Assembly: GCA_963695545.1 (NCBI GenBank)
Contig: OY968796.1
Span: 2,848,001-2,912,000, forward strand
DNA: 64,000 nt
Direction: 5' to 3'
From: Terriglobia bacterium
Lineage (GTDB): Bacteria; Acidobacteriota; Terriglobia; Acidiferrales; UBA7541
Positions 27,679-40,109 of this stretch are shown here, piece by piece; within the stretch, counting starts at the first letter, position 1, and the number at the start of each line of letters is the position of its first letter. The position numbers were made by a program, and so were the translations under genes. The notes under the pieces were generated by a model. That model saw only the letters and a list, made by a program, of their open reading frames with translations, did no database searches and was not told the DNA's origin.

Positions 27679-30600
27679 TCAGTCGGCCGGCACTGGTTCG
27701 GGGCTCGCGCCCGGCTCGGAAGCGCGCGCGCCAAAATGCTTCTTTCCGAGCTTGTCGAAGAAGATGTAAATCACCGGCGTCGTGTAAAGCGTAAGAACCT
27801 GGCTCAAGAGCAGGCCGCCGACCATGGAGATTCCCAAGGGCCTGCGCAATTCCGAACCGATGCCAGAGCCCAAGGCGAGCGGCAGGCCGGCGAGCAGTGC
27901 GGCCATCGTGGTCATCATGATGGGCCGAAATCGCAACAGACAAGCCTGATAGATCGATTCTTCGGCGGTCTTGTGTTCGGTTCTCTCGGCTTCCAGCGCG
28001 AAATCAACCATCATGATGCCATTCTTCTTCACGATGCCGATCAGCAGGATGATGCCGATCAGTGAAACGACGTTCAGCGACTCGCCGCAGATGAGCAGCG
28101 CGAGAATTGCGCCGACTCCGGCCGAGGGCAACGTCGAAAGAATCGTGATCGGATGGATATAGCTTTCATACAGCACGCCGAGAACGATGTAGACAGTTAC
28201 GAGCGCGGCCAAAATCAACAGTGGTTCGTTGGTCAGCGAAGCCTGGAACGACGCCGCCGAGCCCTGGAACGCGGTCTGAATGCTGAGCGGCATGTTCATA
28301 CTCTTTTGGACCTTGTCGATCGCATCGGTAGCGGCGCCGAGGGAAGCATTGGGCGCGAGGTTGAACGACACGGTGACCACCGGGAATTGCCCCTGATGAG
28401 TGATCAATAGCGGTTCGCTGGTGGGCTCGAAATGCGCAATCGCGCTCAGTGGCACAGCGGCGCCATTCGATGCGGTGACGGGCAGACTGAGAGAAACAGT
28501 CGTCGCTGTCGGCCCCGGGCCCGAAGGTCCGGGAGCCGGCGAGCTCGATCCCGTGGTAACCAATGTCGCCGACGCGCTCGTACCAGCGGAGCTGCCCGCT
28601 GTGGGGCTTCCGGTCGAACTCACATTTCCCGAGCGCACGTAAATGTCTTCGAGGTTGCTAGGATCCGTCTGAAAGTTCGGCAGCGTTTCGAGAATCACGT
28701 GATACTGATTCAGCTGCGTATAGAGCGTGGAGATTTGCCGCTGGCCGAATGCGTCATACAGAGTCTCATCGATCATCTGCGGGGAAATTCCCATACGCGA
28801 AGCGGTGACGCGGTCGATGACTAGAGTCTCCGCCAAGCCGCCATTCTGCTGATCGGTGGCGACGTCCTGCAACTCAGGGAGTTGCTTCAGCTTGGTGACG
28901 AAGCGCCGCGTCCACTGGTCGAGTTCAGTCGCATTCGGATCTTCGAGCGTGTACTGGTATTGCGTCCGGCTGGTACGATCCTCGACCGTCAGGTCCTGCA
29001 CGGGCTGCATGTAGAGCGCTACGCCGTCCACTTTCGCCAGTTGCGGTTGCAGGCGGCGGATGACGTCCGAGGCGTTGATCTTGCGAACGTCGATCGGCTT
29101 CAGGTTGATCAGGAAACGCCCGCTGTTCAACGTGGTGTTTGTGCCGTCAATGCCGATGAACGACGACAGGCTGTCGACGGCGGGATCTTTCAGAATCACC
29201 GCGGCGAGCGCTTGCTGGCGGCTGGCCATTTCGTCAAACGATGCGGTTTGCGCGGCTTCCGAGATGCCCTGGATGAGCCCGGTGTCTTGCACTGGAAAGA
29301 ATCCCTTGGGAACCAGGATGTAGAGCACGATGGTGAGCACCAGCGTGGCCGCCGCAATCAGCAGCGTGATGGTCTGAAATTGCAGCACCCAGCGCAGCGT
29401 CCTGGAATAGAAATCGATGATCTTTTCCCAAATTCGTTCCGACCAGCGATAGAACCACCCCTGCTGGGATTCGGGCGTGTGGCGCAGAAGGCGCGAGCAC
29501 ATCATCGGCGTCAGCGTCAGAGAGACGACCGCGGAGATCAGGATCGTGACCGCCAGCGTGACCGCGAATTCGCGGAACAACCGTCCCACGATGTCTCCCA
29601 TGAACAAAAGCGGAATCAGAACCGCGATCAACGAGATCGTGAGCGAAATGATGGTGAAGCCAATTTGCTTCGAGCCCTTCATGGCGGCCTCGAGCGGCGG
29701 GTCGCCTTCCTCAAGAAAACGCGTGATGTTCTCGATCATCACGATGGCGTCGTCCACGACGAAGCCCGTGGAGATCGTCAGCGCCATCAGAGATAAATTG
29801 TCCAGGCTGTAGCCGGCCAGATACATCACGCCAAATGTGCCGATCAGCGAGACCGGCACGGCCACGCTCGGGATGATGGTCGCCGAGAGATTCCGCAGGA
29901 ACAGAAAGATCACCATCACCACCAGCGCCACAGTCAGCATCAGCTCGAACTCAACGTCTTTCACCGAGGCGCGGATGGTCGTGGTGCGATCGGTCACAAT
30001 CGTCATTTGCACCGCGCCCGGCAAACTGCTTTGCAGCAGCGGCAAAAGCGCCTCGATGCGATCCACCACTTGGATGATGTTTGCGCCGGGCTGCCGCTGG
30101 ACGTTTAGGATCACGGCGGGAGTCTGGTTTACCCAGGCGGCCTGCGTTTGATCTTCGACGCCATCGACGACCGTGGCCACATCCGACACCAACACCGGCG
30201 CGTTGTTGCGGTACGCGATCACTACTTTCTTGTAATCGGCGCTGGTGACCAATTGATCGTTGGCATCGATTTGGTAGTCCTGGTGCGGCCCGTCAAAAGT
30301 TCCTTTCGCTTGGTCCAGGCTCTGCTGCTGCAAAGCCGAGCGGACGTCTTCGAGGTTGATGCCGTAGGAGGAAAGCGCCGCGGGATTCACCTGTACGCGA
30401 ACCGCCGGCTTTTGGCCGCCGCTGATGCTGACCAGACCGACGCCGGATAATTGGGAAATCTTTTGCGCGAGGCGCGTGTCTGCCAGATCCTCGATCTGCG
30501 AAAGGGGCATGGTGTTCGAGGTTAGTGCCAGCGTCAGAATCGGCGCGTCGGCGGGGTTGGTCTTGCTGTAGATGGGCGGGGTCGGAAGATCGGGCGGAAG

Positions 30601-30954
30601 GTAGCTCTGCGACGAGTTGATCGCCGCTTGGACCTCCTGCTCTGCCACGTCGATACTTAAATCGAGCGCAAATTCCAGGACAATGATCGAGCTTCCCTGC
30701 GAGCTCGTCGAAGTCATCTGATTCAAGCCCGGCACTTCGCCGAACTGGCGCTCAAGCGGCGCCGTCACGGCCGACGCCATTACGTCGGGACTCGCTCCCG
30801 GGTAAAACGTGACAATTTGTATGATCGGGTAATCGACTTCAGGCAGAGCGGAGATCGGCAGTTGCGTGAAAGCGACGAATCCTGCCAGCAGGATCGCCGC
30901 CATCAACAGCGACGTTGCGACGGGTCGCAGGATGAACGGAGCAGACGGATTCAC
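27679..30954 (-). CDS. mdtB: RND efflux permease, MdtB/MuxB type
   Basis: FILRPVATSLL, LPEVDYP, VVDDAIVM, GIVKKNGI and RFRPIMMTT motifs; GTG start overlapping mdtA stop. Confidence 0.88.
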   Translation of the reverse strand: MNPSAPFILRPVATSLLMAAILLAGFVAFTQLPISALPEVDYPIIQIVTFYPGASPDVMASAVTAPLERQFGEVPGLNQMTSTSSQGSSIIVLEFALDLSIDVAEQEVQAAINSSQSYLPPDLPTPPIYSKTNPADAPILTLALTSNTMPLSQIEDLADTRLAQKISQLSGVGLVSISGGQKPAVRVQVNPAALSSYGINLEDVRSALQQQSLDQAKGTFDGPHQDYQIDANDQLVTSADYKKVVIAYRNNAPVLVSDVATVVDGVEDQTQAAWVNQTPAVILNVQRQPGANIIQVVDRIEALLPLLQSSLPGAVQMTIVTDRTTTIRASVKDVEFELMLTVALVVMVIFLFLRNLSATIIPSVAVPVSLIGTFGVMYLAGYSLDNLSLMALTISTGFVVDDAIVMIENITRFLEEGDPPLEAAMKGSKQIGFTIISLTISLIAVLIPLLFMGDIVGRLFREFAVTLAVTILISAVVSLTLTPMMCSRLLRHTPESQQGWFYRWSERIWEKIIDFYSRTLRWVLQFQTITLLIAAATLVLTIVLYILVPKGFFPVQDTGLIQGISEAAQTASFDEMASRQQALAAVILKDPAVDSLSSFIGIDGTNTTLNSGRFLINLKPIDVRKINASDVIRRLQPQLAKVDGVALYMQPVQDLTVEDRTSRTQYQYTLEDPNATELDQWTRRFVTKLKQLPELQDVATDQQNGGLAETLVIDRVTASRMGISPQMIDETLYDAFGQRQISTLYTQLNQYHVILETLPNFQTDPSNLEDIYVRSGNVSSTGSPTAGSSAGTSASATLVTTGSSSPAPGPSGPGPTATTVSLSLPVTASNGAAVPLSAIAHFEPTSEPLLITHQGQFPVVTVSFNLAPNASLGAATDAIDKVQKSMNMPLSIQTAFQGSAASFQASLTNEPLLILAALVTVYIVLGVLYESYIHPITILSTLPSAGVGAILALLICGESLNVVSLIGIILLIGIVKKNGIMMVDFALEAERTEHKTAEESIYQACLLRFRPIMMTTMAALLAGLPLALGSGIGSELRRPLGISMVGGLLLSQVLTLYTTPVIYIFFDKLGKKHFGARASEPGASPEPVPAD

Positions 30955-32270
30955 GGACTGCTTCCCCCACTGGCCTGCGTCTGGCCGCCCGAGGTTGAGC
31001 CGCTTGCCGCGCTGCCGGCACCGCCACTCCTGGCCCCCTTGCCCTGCTGCCCGGTGGTCACCTTAGCGCCGTCCTGCAGCTTATCGAAGCCGTTGATGGC
31101 CACGACGTCGCCGGGGTTGATCCCCTGCACTACGGACGAAGTGGCGTCGGCGGTTCCGAGGGTGACGTTATGGACCGTGGCCGTTTGGTTGGCGATCACA
31201 TATACGAACGCGCCCTGGGCGTTGCGCTGCACGGCCGCGGAGGGAACCAGCGTGACGCCGTTCTCCGTGGCGAGCAGGAGTTTCGCGTTCACGAATTGGT
31301 TCGGGAAAAGGGCCAGGTTGGTGTTGGCGAAGGTCGCGCGCAACTTGACGGTGCCGGTCGTCGTATCGATTTGATTGTCCAACGTCGTCACCGTGCCCGC
31401 GGCGATCTCCGACTCTTGCGTGCGATCCAGTGCCTGCACGGTGAGATGATTCCCTTTTTGCATCCCTTTCTGAATCTGCGGCAGGTAATCCTCCGCGACG
31501 CTGAAAATCACGGTGATCGGCTGGAGCTGAGTCACCACGACCAGTACCGCTGTGCTGCCGGCTTGGACAACGTTCCCGGGATCGACCAGGCGAATTCCTA
31601 CGCGGCCGTCAATCGGCGAGGTGATATGGCAGTACTCCAAGTTGACCTGCGCGGCTGCCACCGTTCCGTGATCGTTCTCCACCGTTCCTTCGTCCTGCAT
31701 GACAGTCTGTTGCTGGTCGTACACCTGCTGTTCCGCGATGGCATTCTGGCTGAACGCCGTCTGGTAGCGGCCCAGGTCAATTCTCGCTTCGCTCAGCACA
31801 GCCTGATCGTGCGCCAGTTGTCCCTGCGCCTGAGTCAGTGCCGCTTGGTATGGCCGCGGGTCAATATCCACCAAGGCGTCGCCTTTGTGCACGATCTGGC
31901 CTTCCGTGTAGTGGACGACCATAATCTGACCTTGCACTCGGCTCGTAACTTGAACGGTGTACACGGGCGTGACCGTACCGAGCGCCTCCACGTAGTCCCC
32001 GATGCTCCCTTTGCGCGCAGTCGCCGTGACCACCGGCACTGCATGCGGCGATGCCGCGGCCTTGGCTGCGGCGGCCGCTTCCGCCGCGGATTTCTGCCGG
32101 AAGTAATACCAAACGCCGATCGCCAGCACGAGGATGGCGAGCGCCCAGATCCACCAATGGCCTTTTTTCTTCTCAAAGCCCGGCGGCTTGTCAAGTGGGG
32201 ACGTAGCTGGAGCGTGCGCTTGTGTGGATGAGGCGTCAGGTGGCAGCGGCGAGCTCTTATAGTCAGTCAT
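30951..32270 (-). CDS. mdtA: RND periplasmic adaptor, MdtA/MuxA type
   Basis: N-terminal TM, IDPRPY, ITSPIDGRVG.RLVDPGN, DNQIDTTTGT and LFPNQFVN motifs. Confidence 0.88.
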   Translation of the reverse strand: MTDYKSSPLPPDASSTQAHAPATSPLDKPPGFEKKKGHWWIWALAILVLAIGVWYYFRQKSAAEAAAAAKAAASPHAVPVVTATARKGSIGDYVEALGTVTPVYTVQVTSRVQGQIMVVHYTEGQIVHKGDALVDIDPRPYQAALTQAQGQLAHDQAVLSEARIDLGRYQTAFSQNAIAEQQVYDQQQTVMQDEGTVENDHGTVAAAQVNLEYCHITSPIDGRVGIRLVDPGNVVQAGSTAVLVVVTQLQPITVIFSVAEDYLPQIQKGMQKGNHLTVQALDRTQESEIAAGTVTTLDNQIDTTTGTVKLRATFANTNLALFPNQFVNAKLLLATENGVTLVPSAAVQRNAQGAFVYVIANQTATVHNVTLGTADATSSVVQGINPGDVVAINGFDKLQDGAKVTTGQQGKGARSGGAGSAASGSTSGGQTQASGGSSP

Positions 32271-32590
32271 CGTGTTTGGTCGTCTTCAATCGTCGGCTTC
32301 GGTCAGCGTGCTTCTTCCTGGCTTGGCCCGTTTGGGCAGTCCATCATATCCGTGCCAGAACACAGGTCAAGCGCACGCGCGATCAGGGCCACAACCTGCA
32401 TATCCGACGCATGTGCCGCACATTTTGCGGCGCGGGGTCGCTTGCGATGGTTGGCTCTTGCGGCTAAGTTTCCGTCTCCCCCGCCCCGAAGGTATGTTCC
32501 TTAGGTTTATAGGTGTTGCTTTGCGTTCTTTGATTGGACGAGTTCCAAGGCGAAAACGTTTCGATGGCCGCACGGCGCCGTGCGTGATAT

Positions 32591-33028
32591 TCAGCGGGCT
32601 CTGAATGGCCCCGCGCCGGAATCGCCCTGGGGAATCCGCCGCGTGCGCGTGCTGTCGAGCGACGCGGCAGCGGGGATGTGCGGCGTCGCCCAGCCTGCGG
32701 CGGGCACGAATGGCAGCAGCGTCATCACAGTGACCGATTGATTTTGCCGCGCGACGTACCAGCACGGGCTGTAGCCGTCATGCGGGAATAACGCGCGGAC
32801 GCACGTTTGGGTTTGGGGATCGCCCAGGACGATTTCATCGCGGCCATCCTTGTGCGGAATCTCGATGATGGATTGCGTGGTCAGTGACTTCAAGGGATCG
32901 TCGGCCGTCTTGCGCGACATGCGGACCCACACAGAGACCGTGTCGCCCAGGTAAGTTACCGCAATCGCCGCGGCGGCCACGATCAAGGTTCGTCTGACTA
33001 TGGTTCCAGCGCTCGTCTTGCCACTCAT
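32591..33028 (-). CDS. Hypothetical membrane-anchored protein
   Basis: N-terminal TM segment, C.RALFPH.G..PCWY motif; TATAAT 9 nt upstream of ATG. Confidence 0.65.
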   Translation of the reverse strand: MSGKTSAGTIVRRTLIVAAAAIAVTYLGDTVSVWVRMSRKTADDPLKSLTTQSIIEIPHKDGRDEIVLGDPQTQTCVRALFPHDGYSPCWYVARQNQSVTVMTLLPFVPAAGWATPHIPAAASLDSTRTRRIPQGDSGAGPFRAR

Positions 33029-33240
33029 GTGCGGGCTATTATACGGAAATGACCAGGCGTGTTGTATCCGCGCGCGTGTGTTATTGCTTGCGGACGAACA
33101 AGCTGCGTCGCACCTGCAGCGCGTGTCGCTGCCGCGGCGGATTCGTTCGCAACACCGGCTTTGAAAATCGTTGAACCCGATTTTCGGCGGGGCACATCTA
33201 AATTATTCCTGCCGTTTGAAAGGGGTTTCAAGCTTCCCGT

Positions 33241-36399
<3,159 letters not shown>

Positions 36400-36477
36400 G
36401 CCGCCGTCAATGGATTTCGCGATGAAATTGGAGTGCGAGCGTCGAACGATGTCTCGGTAGCGGAGTCTACCTTCTCG

Positions 36478-37689
36478 ATGGACGAGACCCACAATCAAGG
36501 CGCGCAGCAGTCTCCAGCGCAGCGAGCGATTCCACCGCGCCGCCTAAGACCAGTGTGGATCGTGATTTTTCTGGTGATCGTCGCGTTGATCGTGGTGGCC
36601 GGCATCGTGCCGCGATTGCGCACGCGCGCGCAGGTGCGTTCGGAAACCGCGCAACTGGCCGTGCCCTATGTCGCCGTCGCTCATCCTCGCCGCCAGGACG
36701 CTTCCAATGAAATCATCCTTCCCGCAAATATCCAGGCGTACACCGACTCGCCGATTTACGCGCGCACCAACGGATATTTGAAAAAGTGGTACGTGGATAT
36801 CGGAGGTCACGTAACCAAAGGGGAGTTGCTCGCAGAGATTGAAACGCCCGAGGTCGATCAGCAGCTCTCCCAAGCGCGCGCCGACCAGGCCACGGCCCAG
36901 GCCAATTTGGATTTGGCGAAAATCACCGCGGATCGCTATGAGGGTTTGCTCAAGACCGATTCCGTGTCCAAGCAAGATGCCGACAATGCCGAAGGAGATT
37001 TCGAGGCCAAGCGCGCGGCTCTGGCCTCCGCTGCGGCCAACGTCAAGCGCCTGCAGGACCTGCAATCCTTCGAGAATATTTACGCGCCCTTCGACGGCGT
37101 GATCACCGCGCGCAATGTCGATATCGGCGATTTGATTGACGCCGGCGCCAGCGGCGGAACGCACACCGAGCTTTTCCACATCGCATTTACGCGCGTGCTT
37201 CGCGTCTACGTCAGCATTCCGCAGGCCGATTCCGCCGGCGCCAAGCCCGGTATCAAGGCCGAGCTCGCTTTGCCCGAATTTCCCGGCCGGCTTTTCCCCG
37301 GCAAACTCGTGAGCACCGCGCAAGCCATCGATCCCAGTTCGCGCACGCTGCTGGCGGAAATTTCCGTCGAGAATCCCACCGGCGAGTTGCTGCCGGGCGC
37401 GTACGCCGAAGTGCATCTTGCGATTCCCTCGGTCGCGCCCACGTTCGTCGTGCCGGTCAGCGCGCTGCTGTTTCGCGCGGATGGTCTGCACGTGGTCACG
37501 GTGGAAAATGGCGATCGCGCGGTGCTGATCGACGTCACGCTTGGCCGCGACTTCGGCAATGAGACGGAAATTCTCTCCGGATTGACGGGCGACGAATGGG
37601 TGGTTTTGAATCCGCCGGACTCCATCGTCACAGGTGCGCCCGTGCGCGTCGCGGATGCCGGCTCGTCGCAGCAGGGCGCGGGTCAATGA
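36478..37689 (+). CDS. RND periplasmic adaptor subunit
   Basis: TM segment, IYARTNGYL..WYVDIG, APFDGVIT.RN and LLPGAY motifs; start could be 36433. Confidence 0.9.
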   Translation: MDETHNQGAQQSPAQRAIPPRRLRPVWIVIFLVIVALIVVAGIVPRLRTRAQVRSETAQLAVPYVAVAHPRRQDASNEIILPANIQAYTDSPIYARTNGYLKKWYVDIGGHVTKGELLAEIETPEVDQQLSQARADQATAQANLDLAKITADRYEGLLKTDSVSKQDADNAEGDFEAKRAALASAAANVKRLQDLQSFENIYAPFDGVITARNVDIGDLIDAGASGGTHTELFHIAFTRVLRVYVSIPQADSAGAKPGIKAELALPEFPGRLFPGKLVSTAQAIDPSSRTLLAEISVENPTGELLPGAYAEVHLAIPSVAPTFVVPVSALLFRADGLHVVTVENGDRAVLIDVTLGRDFGNETEILSGLTGDEWVVLNPPDSIVTGAPVRVADAGSSQQGAGQ

Positions 37690-39239
37690 AGTTGGTCGGG
37701 TCAACGAGGTTCCTCGCGTCCACGGCACTGCGACGCGTGGCGCGTGCCGCGTTGCCCGCAGCCGCAGCCGTCGCGCTTCTCGCCGCCGGTTGCGTCGTCG
37801 GCCCGAATTATCATCGGCCGGACGTCGAGATTCCGCAAAGCTACAAGGAAGACCCGAACTGGCAGCCCGCGCAGCCCGCGGAGACGAAACTCGGGGGCGA
37901 CTGGTGGACTCTGTTCGACGATCCGCAGCTCTCCGCGCTTGAAGCCCAGGTCAGCGTCTCGAATCAAACGCTCAAAGAGTCGCAGGCGGAGTTCGATCAG
38001 GCCCGCGCCGAAGTCCGCTATTACCGCGCCGGATATTTTCCAACGCTTTCGGTCGCGCCCGAGGCCGACCGCAATCACGTCTCACAGCGCAAGCCGGAGG
38101 CCGGCACTTCGGCGGGTTCCACCTATTCCGATTTTGTTTTGCCATTCGACGTCAGTTGGGAGCCCGATGTCTGGGGGCTTGTGCGCCGCACGGTGGAAGC
38201 GGCGCGCGCGAACGCCCAGGCCAGCGCCGCCGATCTCGCCGCGGTGCAACTCAGTCTTGAAGCCGAACTCGCCGTGGACTACTTCCAATTGCGCACGCTC
38301 GATGCCGATGCGCAGCTTCTCGATTCCACGGTCGACGATTACACCAAGGCTTTGCAATTGACCAAGAACCGGCACGAGGGCGGCGTTTCCTCCGAGGTCG
38401 ATGTGGCCGAGGCCGAAACGCTGCTCGAAACCACGCGCGCCCAGGCGCAGGACGTGCACGTGGCGCGCGCGCAATTTGAGCACGCCATCGCCGTGCTCAT
38501 CGGCAAGCCGCCCGAAGAATTCAGTATCGCCGCCGAGCCGCTTGAGGTCGGGCCGCCCGCGATTCCCGCCGCGATTCCCTCGCAGATTCTCGAGCGCCGC
38601 CCAGACGTTGCCGCCGCCGAACGCGAAGTTGCTGCCGCCAACGCCGGCATCGGCGTCGCCAAGGCCGCTTACTATCCCTCCATCCCGCTCACTGCCGAGG
38701 GCGGCTTCGAGAGCGGCGCGATCACCACGCTCATCAACGGCCCTTCCAGCATGTGGTCGGTGGGCGCGAGTGCTCTCGAAACAATTTTCGATGCAGGCCG
38801 CCGACGCGCTTCCAATGATCAGGCCTGGGCCGTGTACGACCAGTCGGTCGCAACGTATCGCCAATCGGTGCTCACCGCGTTTCAGGAGGTTGAGGACAAT
38901 CTCGCGGCGCTGCGCATCCTCGAACAGGAAGCCGCCACGCAGGACGCCGCCGTCAGCGCCGCGCAACATTCGGTCGCGCTTTCCGTCAATCGCTACACCG
39001 GCGGAGTCACCGATTATCTCGAGGTCATCACCGCGGAGAGCACGGCGCTCGCCGACGAGCGCGTGGCCGTCGATCTTCGCGCGCGCCGCATGACCGCCGC
39101 GGTGCTGCTCATCAAAGCGCTCGGCGGCGGCTGGGATGCATCGTCATTGCAAACTGTAGCCTCGAGTTCACCGCCTTCTACTTCGGTGCCGGCTTCTCCC
39201 GCGCCGGCGCCTTCATCTCCTCAAAAGAGCTCTCCGTAG
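37686..39239 (+). CDS. RND efflux outer-membrane lipoprotein (NodT family)
   Basis: Lipobox AAGC, WW.LFDDP.L, SWEPDVWG, LERRPDV and ALGGGW motifs; ATGA overlap. Confidence 0.92.
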   Translation: MKLVGSTRFLASTALRRVARAALPAAAAVALLAAGCVVGPNYHRPDVEIPQSYKEDPNWQPAQPAETKLGGDWWTLFDDPQLSALEAQVSVSNQTLKESQAEFDQARAEVRYYRAGYFPTLSVAPEADRNHVSQRKPEAGTSAGSTYSDFVLPFDVSWEPDVWGLVRRTVEAARANAQASAADLAAVQLSLEAELAVDYFQLRTLDADAQLLDSTVDDYTKALQLTKNRHEGGVSSEVDVAEAETLLETTRAQAQDVHVARAQFEHAIAVLIGKPPEEFSIAAEPLEVGPPAIPAAIPSQILERRPDVAAAEREVAAANAGIGVAKAAYYPSIPLTAEGGFESGAITTLINGPSSMWSVGASALETIFDAGRRRASNDQAWAVYDQSVATYRQSVLTAFQEVEDNLAALRILEQEAATQDAAVSAAQHSVALSVNRYTGGVTDYLEVITAESTALADERVAVDLRARRMTAAVLLIKALGGGWDASSLQTVASSSPPSTSVPASPAPAPSSPQKSSP

Positions 39240-39873
39240 GCGCCGAGCTCTGTCGATCGGCGCCCGCCTGCGCGTTCTCCGCAACCGGCAGCAAGCGCAG
39301 GAAGATCCAGTGCGCCGGAAAAAACGCCACCAAAGCCCCCGCCATAATCACACCGAACTGAGCAGCCGCGCCTCCCCACGATCGATGTAAAATTGGATCG
39401 AGAAACGCAAAGTTGATGTTCAATGACGCGGGCGTGAATCGCGACGCCGCGAACAAGCCCGCGAATATCCCCAACTCTAGCCAAACGCCGCGCCGGTCGT
39501 AGCCCACGCGCACCAGCGCATAGATCAGCACGATCGGCAACGCAACATGAAAAAGCGACAAGAGACGCGCCACAAGAGGGAATTGCGTGTCCCACATATA
39601 CTCCGTGCCGCCGATCAAGTGGTGGCCAGAGAATACTCGCCATCCCGCGTCGAGATCCCACAACAGATCGGGCACCAGAATCCCGACGGCCTGACTCGAA
39701 AGCAGCAGCGCGTTCGAGTACCAAATTCCAATCACGCCCAGTATCACGGCAACGTCGCACTCATGCAGAAAATTCACCCATCCGTAATTTTTCGCGGTAA
39801 TCGGAATCCACACGGCGAGCCAGATCAGGCCCACCCATCGCAACACGGGGAATCGTTCTTGGCGAGGCATCAT
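39178..39873 (-). CDS. Hypothetical integral membrane protein
   Basis: About 6 hydrophobic segments with NFL..CD, GGTEYM, LSLFH and NIN motifs. Confidence 0.7.
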   Translation of the reverse strand: MMPRQERFPVLRWVGLIWLAVWIPITAKNYGWVNFLHECDVAVILGVIGIWYSNALLLSSQAVGILVPDLLWDLDAGWRVFSGHHLIGGTEYMWDTQFPLVARLLSLFHVALPIVLIYALVRVGYDRRGVWLELGIFAGLFAASRFTPASLNINFAFLDPILHRSWGGAAAQFGVIMAGALVAFFPAHWIFLRLLPVAENAQAGADRQSSAPTESSFEEMKAPAREKPAPK

Positions 39874-40109
39874 AGTCGCCGCAGGGCCACGACTTCTACC
39901 GCTTCACAAACACAGCAAACCATAGCGCGTTCCGATGCCGCGGGGAAGCTGGCGTGGCGCGTGGCCCGCTCGGCCGAGCAGTTTCCGGTTATCCGATTGA
40001 TCGGGGGTTGGCAATCCCGCGTCACTCCCGCGAGCAGGCAACATGAACCGGCGCATATCTGAACTAAGCAGTGAAAAGTATTTCTGTGGCCAGTATAATT
40101 CGGCCTCCA

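Noticed and set aside
39178..39239. 62 bp convergent overlap between the OMF gene and the membrane protein gene
   Set aside because: Both overlapping tails are low-complexity extensions; common in GC-rich genomes
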